A DNA stretch of 62,083 bases, filler included, from Asterionella formosa (lineage: Eukaryota): NCBI GenBank assembly GCA_002256025.1. It is 13 parts of 13 records of this genome, joined end to end, with 100 filler letters (N's around TTAATTAATTAA, not from the genome) between each part and the next. Parts side by side here need not be neighbours in the genome. Positions count along the whole stretch, not along the records: positions 19,207 to 23,892 come from NKIB01013407.1; positions 23,993 to 28,675 come from NKIB01013408.1; positions 28,776 to 33,452 come from NKIB01013409.1; positions 33,553 to 38,227 come from NKIB01013410.1; 9 more parts are not named here. One strand, written 5' to 3'. Of this stretch, positions 23,436-34,284 are shown one piece after another. Below the pieces are notes generated by a model, which was not told where the DNA came from, made no database searches, and saw only the letters and a program-made list of their open reading frames with translations. Made by a program: the position numbers and the translations under genes. Position 1 is the first letter of the stretch. Each line of letters begins with the position of its first letter.

Positions 23436-23858
23436 TCAATCATAGTCCTCATCATCTTCAATAACCTTCATCTCTGATGCCGCAGCATGATCTGCCTCCA
23501 CAACTAGCACTTGATTCAATGTAGCAGCATTAAGTTTAGTGGTTTGTCTGACAGTAGCAGTCTTTTTCCTTCTTTTCGAGACAACCGGAACCGTTTCAAG
23601 AAAAATATCTTGTAGGAATTCAGGGCAAGCCTTTTGAATATCATGAAGCGTCACTTCGTTTGTAGAAGTAGCAGCAGAAGCAGCATTGACGACAATTTGT
23701 TGCAGAAACAACGCCGAGGAGATGGATGCAAGATCAATTGCTTTCTTGGACAGCTTGCCAACATTTGCATCGCGCGTCAACTGAGCCTTGATCTTGCCGG
23801 GAGGAAAAAGCTGAAACCAATCTACCACTGCCGAAGCTGCTGCCCGTTTATTCGCCAT
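23436..23858 (-). CDS. H2A-like histone-fold protein (NC2-alpha/DRAP1, NF-YC or Dpb3 group)
   Basis: LFPPGKIKAQLTRDANVGKLSKKAIDLASISSALFLQQIV...VTLHDIQKA..FLQDI, with an acidic DDEDYD tail. Confidence 0.75.
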   Translation of the reverse strand: MANKRAAASAVVDWFQLFPPGKIKAQLTRDANVGKLSKKAIDLASISSALFLQQIVVNAASAATSTNEVTLHDIQKACPEFLQDIFLETVPVVSKRRKKTATVRQTTKLNAATLNQVLVVEADHAAASEMKVIEDDEDYD

Positions 23859-23992
23859 GTGGTATCAACGAACAAAACATGTGGGGTATGGGNNNNNNNN
23901 NNNNNNNNNNNNNNNNNNNNNNNNNNNNNNNNNNNNTTAATTAATTAANNNNNNNNNNNNNNNNNNNNNNNNNNNNNNNNNNNNNNNNNNNN

Positions 23993-24942
23993 AATAATTA
24001 TTTCTCAACATCACAGGATTAAGTAAACGAATTTGATTGGAAAATATTGCTTGGGCATCATTTTCATGTTGGTCGAATCGAGTGAAATCAGATTGAGAAG
24101 CATGGAACCAAAACTATCAGTCAACAGTAATACTGTTCACCAGTGTTTCTTCAAAGTCAGCTATATTTGGTATTCTTTCATTAACTTCCAGAATTTTCTG
24201 GCTGACCGTCCCTTTGTTGGGATATCTGAAATGGCTTGTACCTTGTGTCATATCATAACACACTTTAATCAGTCAGATCCAATTTTTTTATTTGAGTGTT
24301 CAAAAGTGGTGGTCCTCGTTTTCATTGCTATTCTAACTAAAGGAAATCACACAGAACGAGCAAAGTCACTTTTTCGCAATCTTGCTATGCCGCCATATCA
24401 TCCACAGACACGCATATCCATACCAGTAGAGGATTCTTTACTCTGATCAATGCCAACTCCTTATCCTAAGCTTGACACCTGCAACATTGTCCTTGACACT
24501 GTTGACTTCTTTCCTGTCTCTGTCAGTATTCACTGTAACTTGGGCAGACACGCCATTGCTTTGCAGAGACTATTCTCAGGGTGAGCGGAATGGGTCCTGA
24601 TAAACTAGTAAAGGAAAAATGGGCTGGCTATTCTTGTTAGCCAGAAACCATCTTTCAACAGTGACAATATTCTCAGTGGCAATACCGGATATTAAAGGTT
24701 AAAAATGTAAAACGTAAACTAAAATTATGATATTAACTGTGAAAAATGGAAATGATCTCCAATGGTCAATCCATTCCTCGAATTCATGGGAATTCACATG
24801 CATTGTCTTCAATCCTCACGCTTGTACATGCGTGACAAAAGTATAGAGCAGTACGGTAATTTGTACTAAACTAGTAGAAATTGCCTAATAAGAGTAGACA
24901 AAGCTATATCGAGTATCATGGGAGAAACAAAGCTTTAGCTTA
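23993..24942 (-). repeat. Left arm of a ~950-bp inverted repeat (Helitron-like composite)
   Basis: Reverse complement of 27719-28675 with scattered substitutions. Hairpin ctggcta..tagccag (24624-24644) lies near CTAG at 24605-24608. Confidence 0.85.
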
Positions 24943-25105
24943 GAATTCGCCACTGACCAGACAAATATTCTGGCGCTGCAGCCTACAAACAACCAGTATA
25001 GTATAGGCATACCACTCCTTCTGCCAGATGCACATCACGGGTGGCGTGTAATATTACAAATATTATTATTCAGTACCAGGTACCTGGTACCTGGTACACA
25101 GAGTA

Positions 25106-27176
25106 CCACTTAAAATCGGCAAGCCACCGTTATTTTACTTTATCTTTCGACTTAAAATATTTATGTAATTCAACAATCAAAACTTGACGTAAGTACAAAG
25201 CTTACTTAGACAATGCTCTCTGCTATACTATTAAGGAATTAGTTTTGATTCAGTGTATCAAGCCATGAAGAAATAATTTTTCCAAAGTCACTAAGATAAT
25301 TGCATAGCGCTGGCTTACAGTGCATATTTTTCTATGTGGACATGTATATATTTTCCACTCAAACCGTGTTTATTTTTAATCAGTTAACACTACAAAAATT
25401 TATTTTCTAATCTTGTAATCAGAGCTTGCCTTATTTGTGGAACCGGCAAATCACCTGATCGTTTGTACCAACGCACCATTAATTTCAATTCTGGCACAGA
25501 CATCTGTTCTTTTGTTTTGTTCTGTTCCTTCAATGTAAGTACTTTTCCGCGAAGTGTGTTGAATTCTTGATGCCTTTTTGTTTCTTTTGTACTAATGACA
25601 ATGTCTGAAATTCGCTTCTGTTCCAGTGTAGCAGCAAGAATATTTGGCCCAAGGGCAAAGGTTTGTGCAGAGGCCAGTAGGCCTGCTGTTATCCACTTCT
25701 TGTGTCACTCAATGTGTGAATCCGCTGTCTCCTTTCTCTTCCTAGCTTGGGCCTCCCGGTCGATTCCATTTCGCACATCCTTGGGTTTGCAAAACTCGTT
25801 AATTCTTCCAACAATTGTTCCAGCAAAGCCAGTTTGGAGTTTTAACTCATCAGGAAGGAGAGTGCCAGTCTCTGTGGGCGCATTGATGTTCTGTTGTGGT
25901 TGGGTTAGTTGAATCTCAGGTACGTTTGTTGTTATTTTTGCTGTCTAGCATTTTATTCATGTACTCATCTGTTGCTTCACTCAATGCATTTTGCATCTGG
26001 GATTTGTTGCTAATGGTGGCAGCAATGGTGGCACCTTTGGGCTGTCCACCAACAGTTGTACTACTCATGTCCTCCTTGTTTGTTTTCGTTGTGTTCGTAT
26101 TTGCCTCCAAACTTTCCCAGGTAAGCACACCATTGTTTCCAGTTTCATATGCCAAAGTGCCCATTGTAAACTGACTATCATAATGCTCACTCACACCTTC
26201 ATTGTTGTCATCTTCTTCCTCCTCGACATTTTCATATGAATTATGAATGAGATTGCTGGGAAATAACAAGGCAAAGCTGCCATCAGCATTCAAGAGTTGG
26301 GGTTTAGTAGGGCCACAATGGTCAGGTGTCAATGTAGACACCATGGTTGCAGTTGATGGTTGAAAGATGGACAAACCAGAAGTAGTATACATAGTAGTAC
26401 TAGACTTAACTTCTAGTTTAGCACTTCGTTTTAGTTCATTCTTCACTTGGTTAACAGATATCCAAACAAGGAAAATGCATTGCTTAGCTGATGTTGTCCT
26501 AGAAATAGCACCATAAGGCACTTTTCCACCATTGTTAGCCTTCTTAGCTTCTAGCTCCCTAATCACATTGTAAAGACAAATCTGAACACTGACGAACTCT
26601 TCAGGAGGCAATTTCTTTCGAGGCAAGGCATTGCCTTGTCGAGGTGCTTTCGAGCTCATGATGTTGGTATTGTGATGGGTGATGGGTGATTGTTGTGTTT
26701 GCATTTAATTTTTGTACTCATAATTCGGGCGCGCCAGGAATTCCTATTTGACGTTTTCCATTAGTGAATTTATCTCTTTATTATGGCGCACGAGCGAAAG
26801 CACAATGACATCGTAGCCATATTAAATAAATTTTAGAGGATACAAAATTAGTTTTCTAGCGAAGGAATATTTCTATAGCTGTATGCGTATATTAAAGATG
26901 ATGCTTGCTCAATCGAGTAAACGTGAAAATATCCAATTTTGCAATTTCACGCCGACAGCAACATTTGGGCGATAATACCTAATTAACAATGTACCCTGGT
27001 ACACAATGCAACAATACAAGTGCGGAAGTATTTACTACCTATATAAATCTGAACAACTCGTTCGTGACAATAAATAGCGTATCTTGTAAACTCAGTTCAA
27101 ACCGTGCGTTTACTCCGTTTAGCGGTGGCTTACATTTCAAAAGTCGCCGTAGCGGTGGCTAACAGTTTTTGAGTGG
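25106..27176 (-). mobile_element. Non-autonomous Tc1/pogo-like DNA transposon (internally deleted)
   Basis: Imperfect TIRs ccacttaaaatcggcaagccaccg / cggtggctaacagtttttgagtgg, flanked by TA within GTAC. Subterminal tagcggtggct repeats. Contains ORF 25916-26704 plus a broken C-terminal frame with a SAP-like motif; no DDE core is visible. Confidence 0.75.
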
Positions 27177-27718
27177 TACCTGGTACCGGTATATTGATTC
27201 CGACAAAGGCCTGTCTATGTATATAATATTTTATATACTACCGGCATCTATCACCGATGCACACAAATGCCACATGTTGAGACACCATACCGGTCACTAT
27301 ATGCATAGCATACAACGCGGTAGACAGAATATAACCACAATATCCATCAGATGCCGTACACACATGTGTTAACGGCCATCACGGAGGTCGAAGGGGAGTG
27401 GGGGTTGTACAGCAGATACTCACTCCTGTTGTGAAAATCCTACGGTAGAATGAACAATCTATACCCATAGTAAACCACACAATAATAACCCTCTCGTACA
27501 AACGATCATCAAGCGGTCAACCCTTAGGCTACGCTTACTTGTGATAGCTACCAGGTACCAGGGCTCGTACGCATACACATATTACCATCACCCAGCATTG
27601 AGTCTTCACTACGCACACTCGAACACATTGATTGCTTGTCCGCATTATTACATGGACGAGTTTTCGAGCCTAAAAGGCGTGACTAGAATTTTAGTCTGCC
27701 TTTGATATTGACAAGTAT

Positions 27719-28675
27719 TAAGCTAAAGCTTCGTTTCTCCCATGATGCTCGATATAGCTTTGTCTACTCTTATTAGGCAATTTCTACTAGTTTAGTACAA
27801 ATTACCGTACTGCTCTATACTTTTGTCACGCATGTACAAGCGTGAGGATTGAAGACAATGCATGTGAATTCCCATGAATTCGAGGAATGGATTGACCATT
27901 GGAGATCATTTCCATTTTTCACAGTTAATATCATAATTTTAGTTTACGTTTTACATTTTTAACCTTTAATATCCAGTATTGCCACTGAGAATATTGTCAC
28001 TGTTGAAAGACGGTTTCTGGCTAACAAGAATAGCCAGCCCATTTTTCCTTTACTAGTTTATCAGGACCCATTCCGCTCACCCTGAGAATAGTCTCTGCAA
28101 AGCAATGGCGTGTCTGCCCAAGTTACAGTGAATACTGACAGAGACAGGAAAGAAGTCAACAGTGTCAAGGACAATGTTGCAGGTGTCAAGCTTAGGACAA
28201 GGAGTCAGCATTGATCAGAGTAGAGAATCCTCTGCTGGTATGGATATGCATGTCTGCAGACAATATGGCGGCATAGCAAGATTGCGAAAAAGTGACTTTG
28301 CTCGTTCTGTGTGATTTCCTTTAGTTGGAATAGCAATGAAAACGAGGACAACCACTTTTGAACACTCAAATAAAAAATGAATAAATTGGATCTGACTGAT
28401 TAAAGTGTGTTATGATATGACACAAGGTACAAGCCATTTCAGATATCCCAACAAAGGGACGGTCAACCAGAAAATTCTGGAAGTTAATGAAAGAATACCA
28501 AATATAGCTGACTTTGAAGAAACACTGGTGAACGGTATTACTGTTGAATGATAGTTTTGGTTCCATGCTTCTCAATCTGATTTCACTCGATTCGACCAAC
28601 ATGAAAATGATGCCCAAGCAATATTTTCCAATCAAATTCGTTTACTTAATCCTGTGATGTTGAGAAATAATTATT
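27719..28675 (+). repeat. Right arm of the inverted repeat: two stacked Helitron-like 3' ends followed by a TC start
   Basis: Hairpin ttgtcta..taggcaa with CTAG|T at 27787-27790. Hairpin ctggcta..tagccag (28017-28037) with CTAG at 28053-28056, then TTTA, then TC at 28061. Confidence 0.75.
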
Positions 28676-28775
28676 NNNNNNNNNNNNNNNNNNNNNNNNN
28701 NNNNNNNNNNNNNNNNNNNTTAATTAATTAANNNNNNNNNNNNNNNNNNNNNNNNNNNNNNNNNNNNNNNNNNNN

Positions 28776-31700
28776 TGCGACTTCTGACCATGGTAATAAT
28801 AATGCATTCCTGGGTGGAAGTTCACCAAAACCAGTACCAGGTAATTTTGTACGTTGACATGCTTCACATACTCTTACAATATGTTCCACTCTTGCTTTTA
28901 ATATAGGGTGATAAAAATGTGTAGCAATTGTAGCATTTAATCTTGTCATACCCACATGAGCTAACATCTGATGATACCAATTAATAATAGGATCCAATAA
29001 TGATGTAGGAATAGCAATACGCCAAGTATCTCCTGGATTCTTCACAAAACATATTAAAAATATATCATGAAAATTGATAGAAGGAAATTTTAATGGATGT
29101 GTTTGTTGATTGAGAATCAATTGTATCAATTGTATATCCAGCAATTTTCTATCATGTTTTAAATTATAATCCAGAGGATATTGAATATTGTCTTTGAAGA
29201 TAGGATGATTAAGGAAACATGTAAGCAGAGGTTCATCATCTAATTCAATTGAAAAGGTAGAAGCGGAAGTTGATGTTGGAGATTTCGGTCCAATATCAAT
29301 ATCATCCTCCACCAAAGACTCAAGCCTCGGGAGGCGAGAGATGGAATCTGCAATAGCATTGTCAGTTCCTTTCACATAGTGAAAAGTAGGATGGTATTCT
29401 TCAATGTAAAGTCTCCATCGTAGAACACGTTGAGTATGTAATGTATTATAAATAAGATTTCGATGATCAGTGTGAACATGTAAGGATCTGTTCCATAGTT
29501 TTATATAAACCAAATGGAGTTGAAATAACACACAAGTTTTGACTCTCCACATCCAATGCAAAAGTATAGTATTACATGGAAACATCCAATTTGGTGAAAA
29601 ATACATATCCAGCACGTTTAGTGAGAATAGTTTGTATTCGAGGCAAAGGATATATATTGCGATTGATGACTTTATTAAGTTCACGAAAATCTGATACCCA
29701 TCGGACACTTCCGTCCTTTTTGGAATAATAAAAGTGGGAGATGCCCATTTAGAAGCACCACATTTTTGTAGGACTCCAATATCACATAATCGTTGTAATT
29801 CCGTTTTGAAAACTTCTAAATGAATATGAGCGACCGGATATGCTCGTTGATGACGAGGGACAGCATTTGATAATAATTCCAAATGTACCTGTTTATGAGG
29901 ATAGACTTTTAATTTGCCATCAAATAATGTTTGATATTTAACCAATATAGATCGTAAACATGATCGTTGTATTGTTGTCAAATGTATCTGTTTATCCACC
30001 ACTGTATCAATATTTAAGTAATTATATTCAGCAGCTTTAATTTCCAGCGCATATGAAGATTCCACAATCATAGGTGCATCGAAATATAATAATACATCTC
30101 GTAAACGTTCTCTATCATCAAAGAATGTGAGAGGATGCATAGGAACAATCATATCCATACAGGACATGGTGTTATTTACGAAATCAATGGTTGACGTAGG
30201 AAATCACGTCCTAAAATAACATCAAATGTGCATTGACCATTAAAGACTTGACACTTTTGTTGTAAAATATGAGCGGATCGATTAAACTCTGGTAAAATCA
30301 GGTCATATAGCATGACACTGGCATGAGATGAATAAGTACCAGATATGGTATGTATTAATTGGGACGTCTTGTCAGACAAAGAAATACCTTGAGGCATAAC
30401 CCGTTCATGTATTAAGGATAATGATCCTCCACTATCGAATAATACTCGTAGTTGTTTATGTATCGGTATATTATCCACCAATCTTGGCGCTAAAAGGGAC
30501 ATCGGAATCAAATCAATTGATGTTAATATATCCTTAGAAGTAAAACAGGAAACCGGAATTGGCCCTGATATGTATGTGGAACATCATGTCCATCAATACA
30601 GTTATATATATCCCGCGTAACATTAACAGCGGTATCCATAGTGTATTCAACCTGTAAATAAACAATATTATTCAGGTGATGACTAACGTGAGATATACTC
30701 AACGAGTCATTATAAATAGCATCGCTATTATTGCACATACCTCTGTGATGGCGATCAGCAATCTGCTGTTGTGTAGTAGGGACAAAAGTCACTATCTGAC
30801 CAGCAGGAGGGTTCGTGACGACTGAAATTTCCTGGGCAGATGTATTCTCGGTAGCTAGGATCGGCACGTGGCACAGTACCCTAACCGGATGGACGAGTAT
30901 TATGACCCCATGTATTTAACATACGAGCATGTGGAACAGGCACAGGGTTAGCAGTGTCAGTATGATAGCTTTCCATAGGATTGCTGTGTGCACCGCCTCC
31001 ACGACCACCAAAATGTCCTCCTCTACCGAAACTGGAACGGCCACATCCATTATGATGACCAGCCATGCGACCTGCTCGACCACCTTGAGTGCGAAGATTC
31101 TGGAAACAATTGCCCCAAGTATGTACACCTTCAGGATGTACCGGGCAAGGACCACGATAATCATGGTACGTACGACTGGCTTGTAGAGCTTGATGACGAA
31201 CAGTTGCCTGACAATCCCATGCGCGTCCAGCTGCATTGACAATAGCACGCGCCCTTCCACGAGCGCTTGGAGTAAAATTATCCTTGTAGAATTGACGACT
31301 GACACGCTCGTTTTCTTGACGCATCACACGATTGCCTTCAGGAATGCGAAGACGGTTCTGTGTGTTTGTTTGAAAACTGTTCTTGGGAAGATGCTTGTTT
31401 CGATCCTTAAACGATTGTTGACTCTCGAAGTAAGCGAGAACCGAGCGAATCGATTGGTCTGAAGTCTTTGCATGATTTAATTCAAACTCTTGTTGCCACT
31501 CATTGGGCATAGAACGGATAATGATAATCCGCATATCTTCTTTTGACAATCCAACTTGATCTTCTGGATGAGGCATTAGTTGAAGTGGCCTGTTTAAAGT
31601 TTTAATACGAGCTCCGAAATCCATTACCAACATAGAAAAGGGTTTAGATAAATAACATAGCATCCATTGTCGTTGATGTTGAAAACTCTCGTTTGGTAAA

Positions 31701-32286
31701 TGATCGTCTAACCATAAAACCATCGCTTCGTCGAAACTATCGTAAGATTGATCTTCTGGGTTTACTTCCACATTCCACCAATCCGATAAGGCAATGTCTG
31801 TCAAACACCTTTTAAAGTAGGAAAAGGTATCTGCAGGGCTAAAGGCACATGTGTTAGCCATGTCACGAAATTGACTCGCTCCAATTAACAATGCTTCCAC
31901 TGAGCTTCCATCGATCATATCTTGCTTGATCAAACGATTCAAACCTTCCACCGGTTAAAGCAACTCTGAATGTTTTAGTCTTGATAGTCAATACATTGTA
32001 GTCTTTGATCAAAGGAATCACAGGAACCCTTGAATACATTGCCATGTTTGTTGTCTTCTAATTCGACTCTTTTTGAATTCAAAGTGAAGTATCTAACTAG
32101 AAGTAGTAGTATTTGTTGAATATATAAGCTTATAAATTAATCCTTATGTACAACTCATTTCCTGAACTGTCATCAAAGTATAGAATGGATGATAGTCGGG
32201 TTCTCTCATTATTGAATTCCGATGTATTTGATAAAACCCTAACTCTATATATATCTGCATCGATGTGCAGGATTGCTCACCTGGTA
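28776..32286 (-). mobile_element. Ty3/Gypsy LTR retrotransposon, defective
   Basis: Order is gag (32045-30881, frameshifted, CPVHPEGVHTWGNC knuckle), protease (VLFDSGGS...DVILGRDFL), RT start ([10 protein letters not shown]), RNase H end (HTDHRNL, RWRLYIEEY, NAIADSISRL), integrase HHCC (YHQMLAHVG...CEACQ). The 5' LTR 32114-32286 is interrupted by a TIR element and the 3' end is lost in a gap. Confidence 0.92.
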
Positions 32287-33325
32287 CCACTTAAAAACTG
32301 TAAGCCACCGCTATTTTACTCTATCTTTCGACTAAAAATATTTATGTAATTCAACGATCAAGACTTGACGCAAGTACAAAGCTTATGTTAGACAATGCTC
32401 TCTGCTATACTATTAAGGAATCAGTTTTGATTCAGTGTATGTAGCCATGAAGAAATAATTTTTCCAAAGTCACTAAGATTATTGCATAGCGGTGGCTTAC
32501 AGTGCATATTTTTCTATCTGTACATGTATATATTTTACCCCCAAACCGTGTTTATTTTTACTCCGTTAATACTACAAAAATTATTTTCTTATTACTTTAC
32601 GTTTTACACTTTTGCAGGGGCAGCATCATCGTTGGAGAATTCTTCTGATGCATTACATTAATCTCGAGCTTCTTTGCATCCAATTACTTGCTTGCGGAGT
32701 CTCAAACTTCATCACGGAATGGTGGATCGGCAGTAGCAGTTGTAGAAGGAGAGGGAATAGCAACAGGAGGAGGTGAATTAACAACAACCACAGCAATAGG
32801 AGGTGCATGGAGAGGGACTGGCGGCTGCTGGTCACCACGGTGATTGGTGTCGTCGAATCTTGCAATCAGAGCTTGCCTTGTCTGTGGAACCGGCAAATCC
32901 CCTGATCGTTTGTACCAATGCACCATTAATTTCAATTCTGGCACAGACATCTGTTCTTTTGTTTTATTCTGTTCCTTCAATGTAAGTACTTTTCCGCGAA
33001 GTGTATTGAATTCTTGTTGCCTTTTGCTTGGTTTCTTTTGTACTAATGACAATGTCTGAAATTCGCTTCCGTTCCAGTGTAACAGCAAGAATATTTGGCC
33101 CAAGGGTAAAGGTTTGTGCAGAGGCCAGAAGTCCTGCTGCTATCCTCTTCTTGTGTCCCTCAATGTGTGAATCCGCTGTCTCCCTTCTCTGTCTACTAGC
33201 TTGGGCGGCGTCCCGGTCGATTCCATTTCGCACATCCTCGCATTTGCAAAACTTGTTAATTCTTCCAACAATTGTTCCAGAAAAGCCAGTTTGGAGGTTT
33301 AACTCATCTGGAGGGAGAGTGGCAG
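32287..33325 (-). mobile_element. Tc1/pogo-like element (3' part) inserted in the Gypsy LTR
   Basis: gTA|ccacttaaaaactgtaagccaccgcta terminus. Collinear with 25106-25870. Encodes KEQMSVPELKLMVHWYKRSGDLPVPQTRQALIARF (SAP-like). Confidence 0.8.
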
Positions 33326-33452
33326 TTCGACTCTTTTTGAATTCAAAGTGAAGTATCTAACTAGAAGTAGTAGTATTTGTTGAATATATAAGCTTATAAA
33401 TTAATCCTTATGTACAACTCATTTCCTGAACTGTCATCAAAGTATAGAATGG
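33326..33452. repeat. Exact duplicate of the Gypsy leader/LTR segment 32062-32188
   Basis: 127 bp identical by eye, ending at a gap. Confidence 0.85.
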
Positions 33453-33552
33453 NNNNNNNNNNNNNNNNNNNNNNNNNNNNNNNNNNNNNNNNNNNNTTAA
33501 TTAATTAANNNNNNNNNNNNNNNNNNNNNNNNNNNNNNNNNNNNNNNNNNNN

Positions 33553-34073
33553 ACGGAGCCAAGGCCATTGCAGAGGCTCTCAACGTCAATACTGTCTTGA
33601 CTAAACTTGATCTCTGGCGTAATTCAATTGGTGATGACGGAGCCAAGGCCATTGCAGAGGCTCTCCAGGTCAATACTGTCTTGACTAAACTTTCTCTCGG
33701 ATGGAATTCAATTCGTAATGACGGAGCTAAAGCCATTGCAAAGGCTCTCAAGGACAATACTGTCTTGACTACACTTTCTTTCAGTAATAATTCAATTGAT
33801 GTTGACGGAGCCAAGGCCATTGCAGAGGCTCTCAAGGTCAATTATGTCTTGACTACACTTGATCTCCGGTATAATTCAATTGATGATAGCTTACTTAATG
33901 AAATTCAAAGAACAGTTGAGATAAGCAAGCACGTTCCCAAACCGGATAACATTGATGATTATGTTTTTAATTGTTTCAGGGATCTAGCAGCAGCCCGGAT
34001 CTGGGGGGAAACAGCCCATATCGGGGTGGATAATGTAGCTATATGTGCTATTTTACCTGGTACCGATTCATGA
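33553..34073 (+). CDS. RI-like/NLRC3-type leucine-rich-repeat protein (5' end in a gap)
   Basis: Four 84-bp (28-aa) repeats of consensus DGAKAIAEALKVNTVLTxLxLxxNSI. Confidence 0.8.
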
Positions 34074-34284
34074 GGATCGACAAAATTTTCGGCATTTTCC
34101 ATCTATCATGCAGGAGCAATAATGAGTTGCATCGTAGAATTCTACGACAAGTGATAGAGAAACTATTTTTGCAGAATTTAATCACGATAACGACAACGAC
34201 GACGAGACACGAACAAGAACCAAACAAAGAAGTCGCACGAATAAACCAAAGACAACCCTCATTTCATTCAAGACGACATTGACA

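Noticed and set aside
24033..24446. 137-aa ORF and its inverted twin at 28366-28635
   Set aside because: Shadow frames inside a repeat with TTG starts. The opposite strand looks more coding but contains stops.
33553..33885. CRISPR-like repeat/variable pattern, with a Cas4-like gene in the same window
   Set aside because: The repeats are in-frame LRR codons with 6-nt variable parts, there is no cas operon, and the context is eukaryotic.
33975..34073. RDLAAARI resembling the TnpB/Fanzor RuvC-III motif
   Set aside because: No zinc finger, no RuvC I/II motifs and no long ORF. It is just the tail of the LRR ORF.
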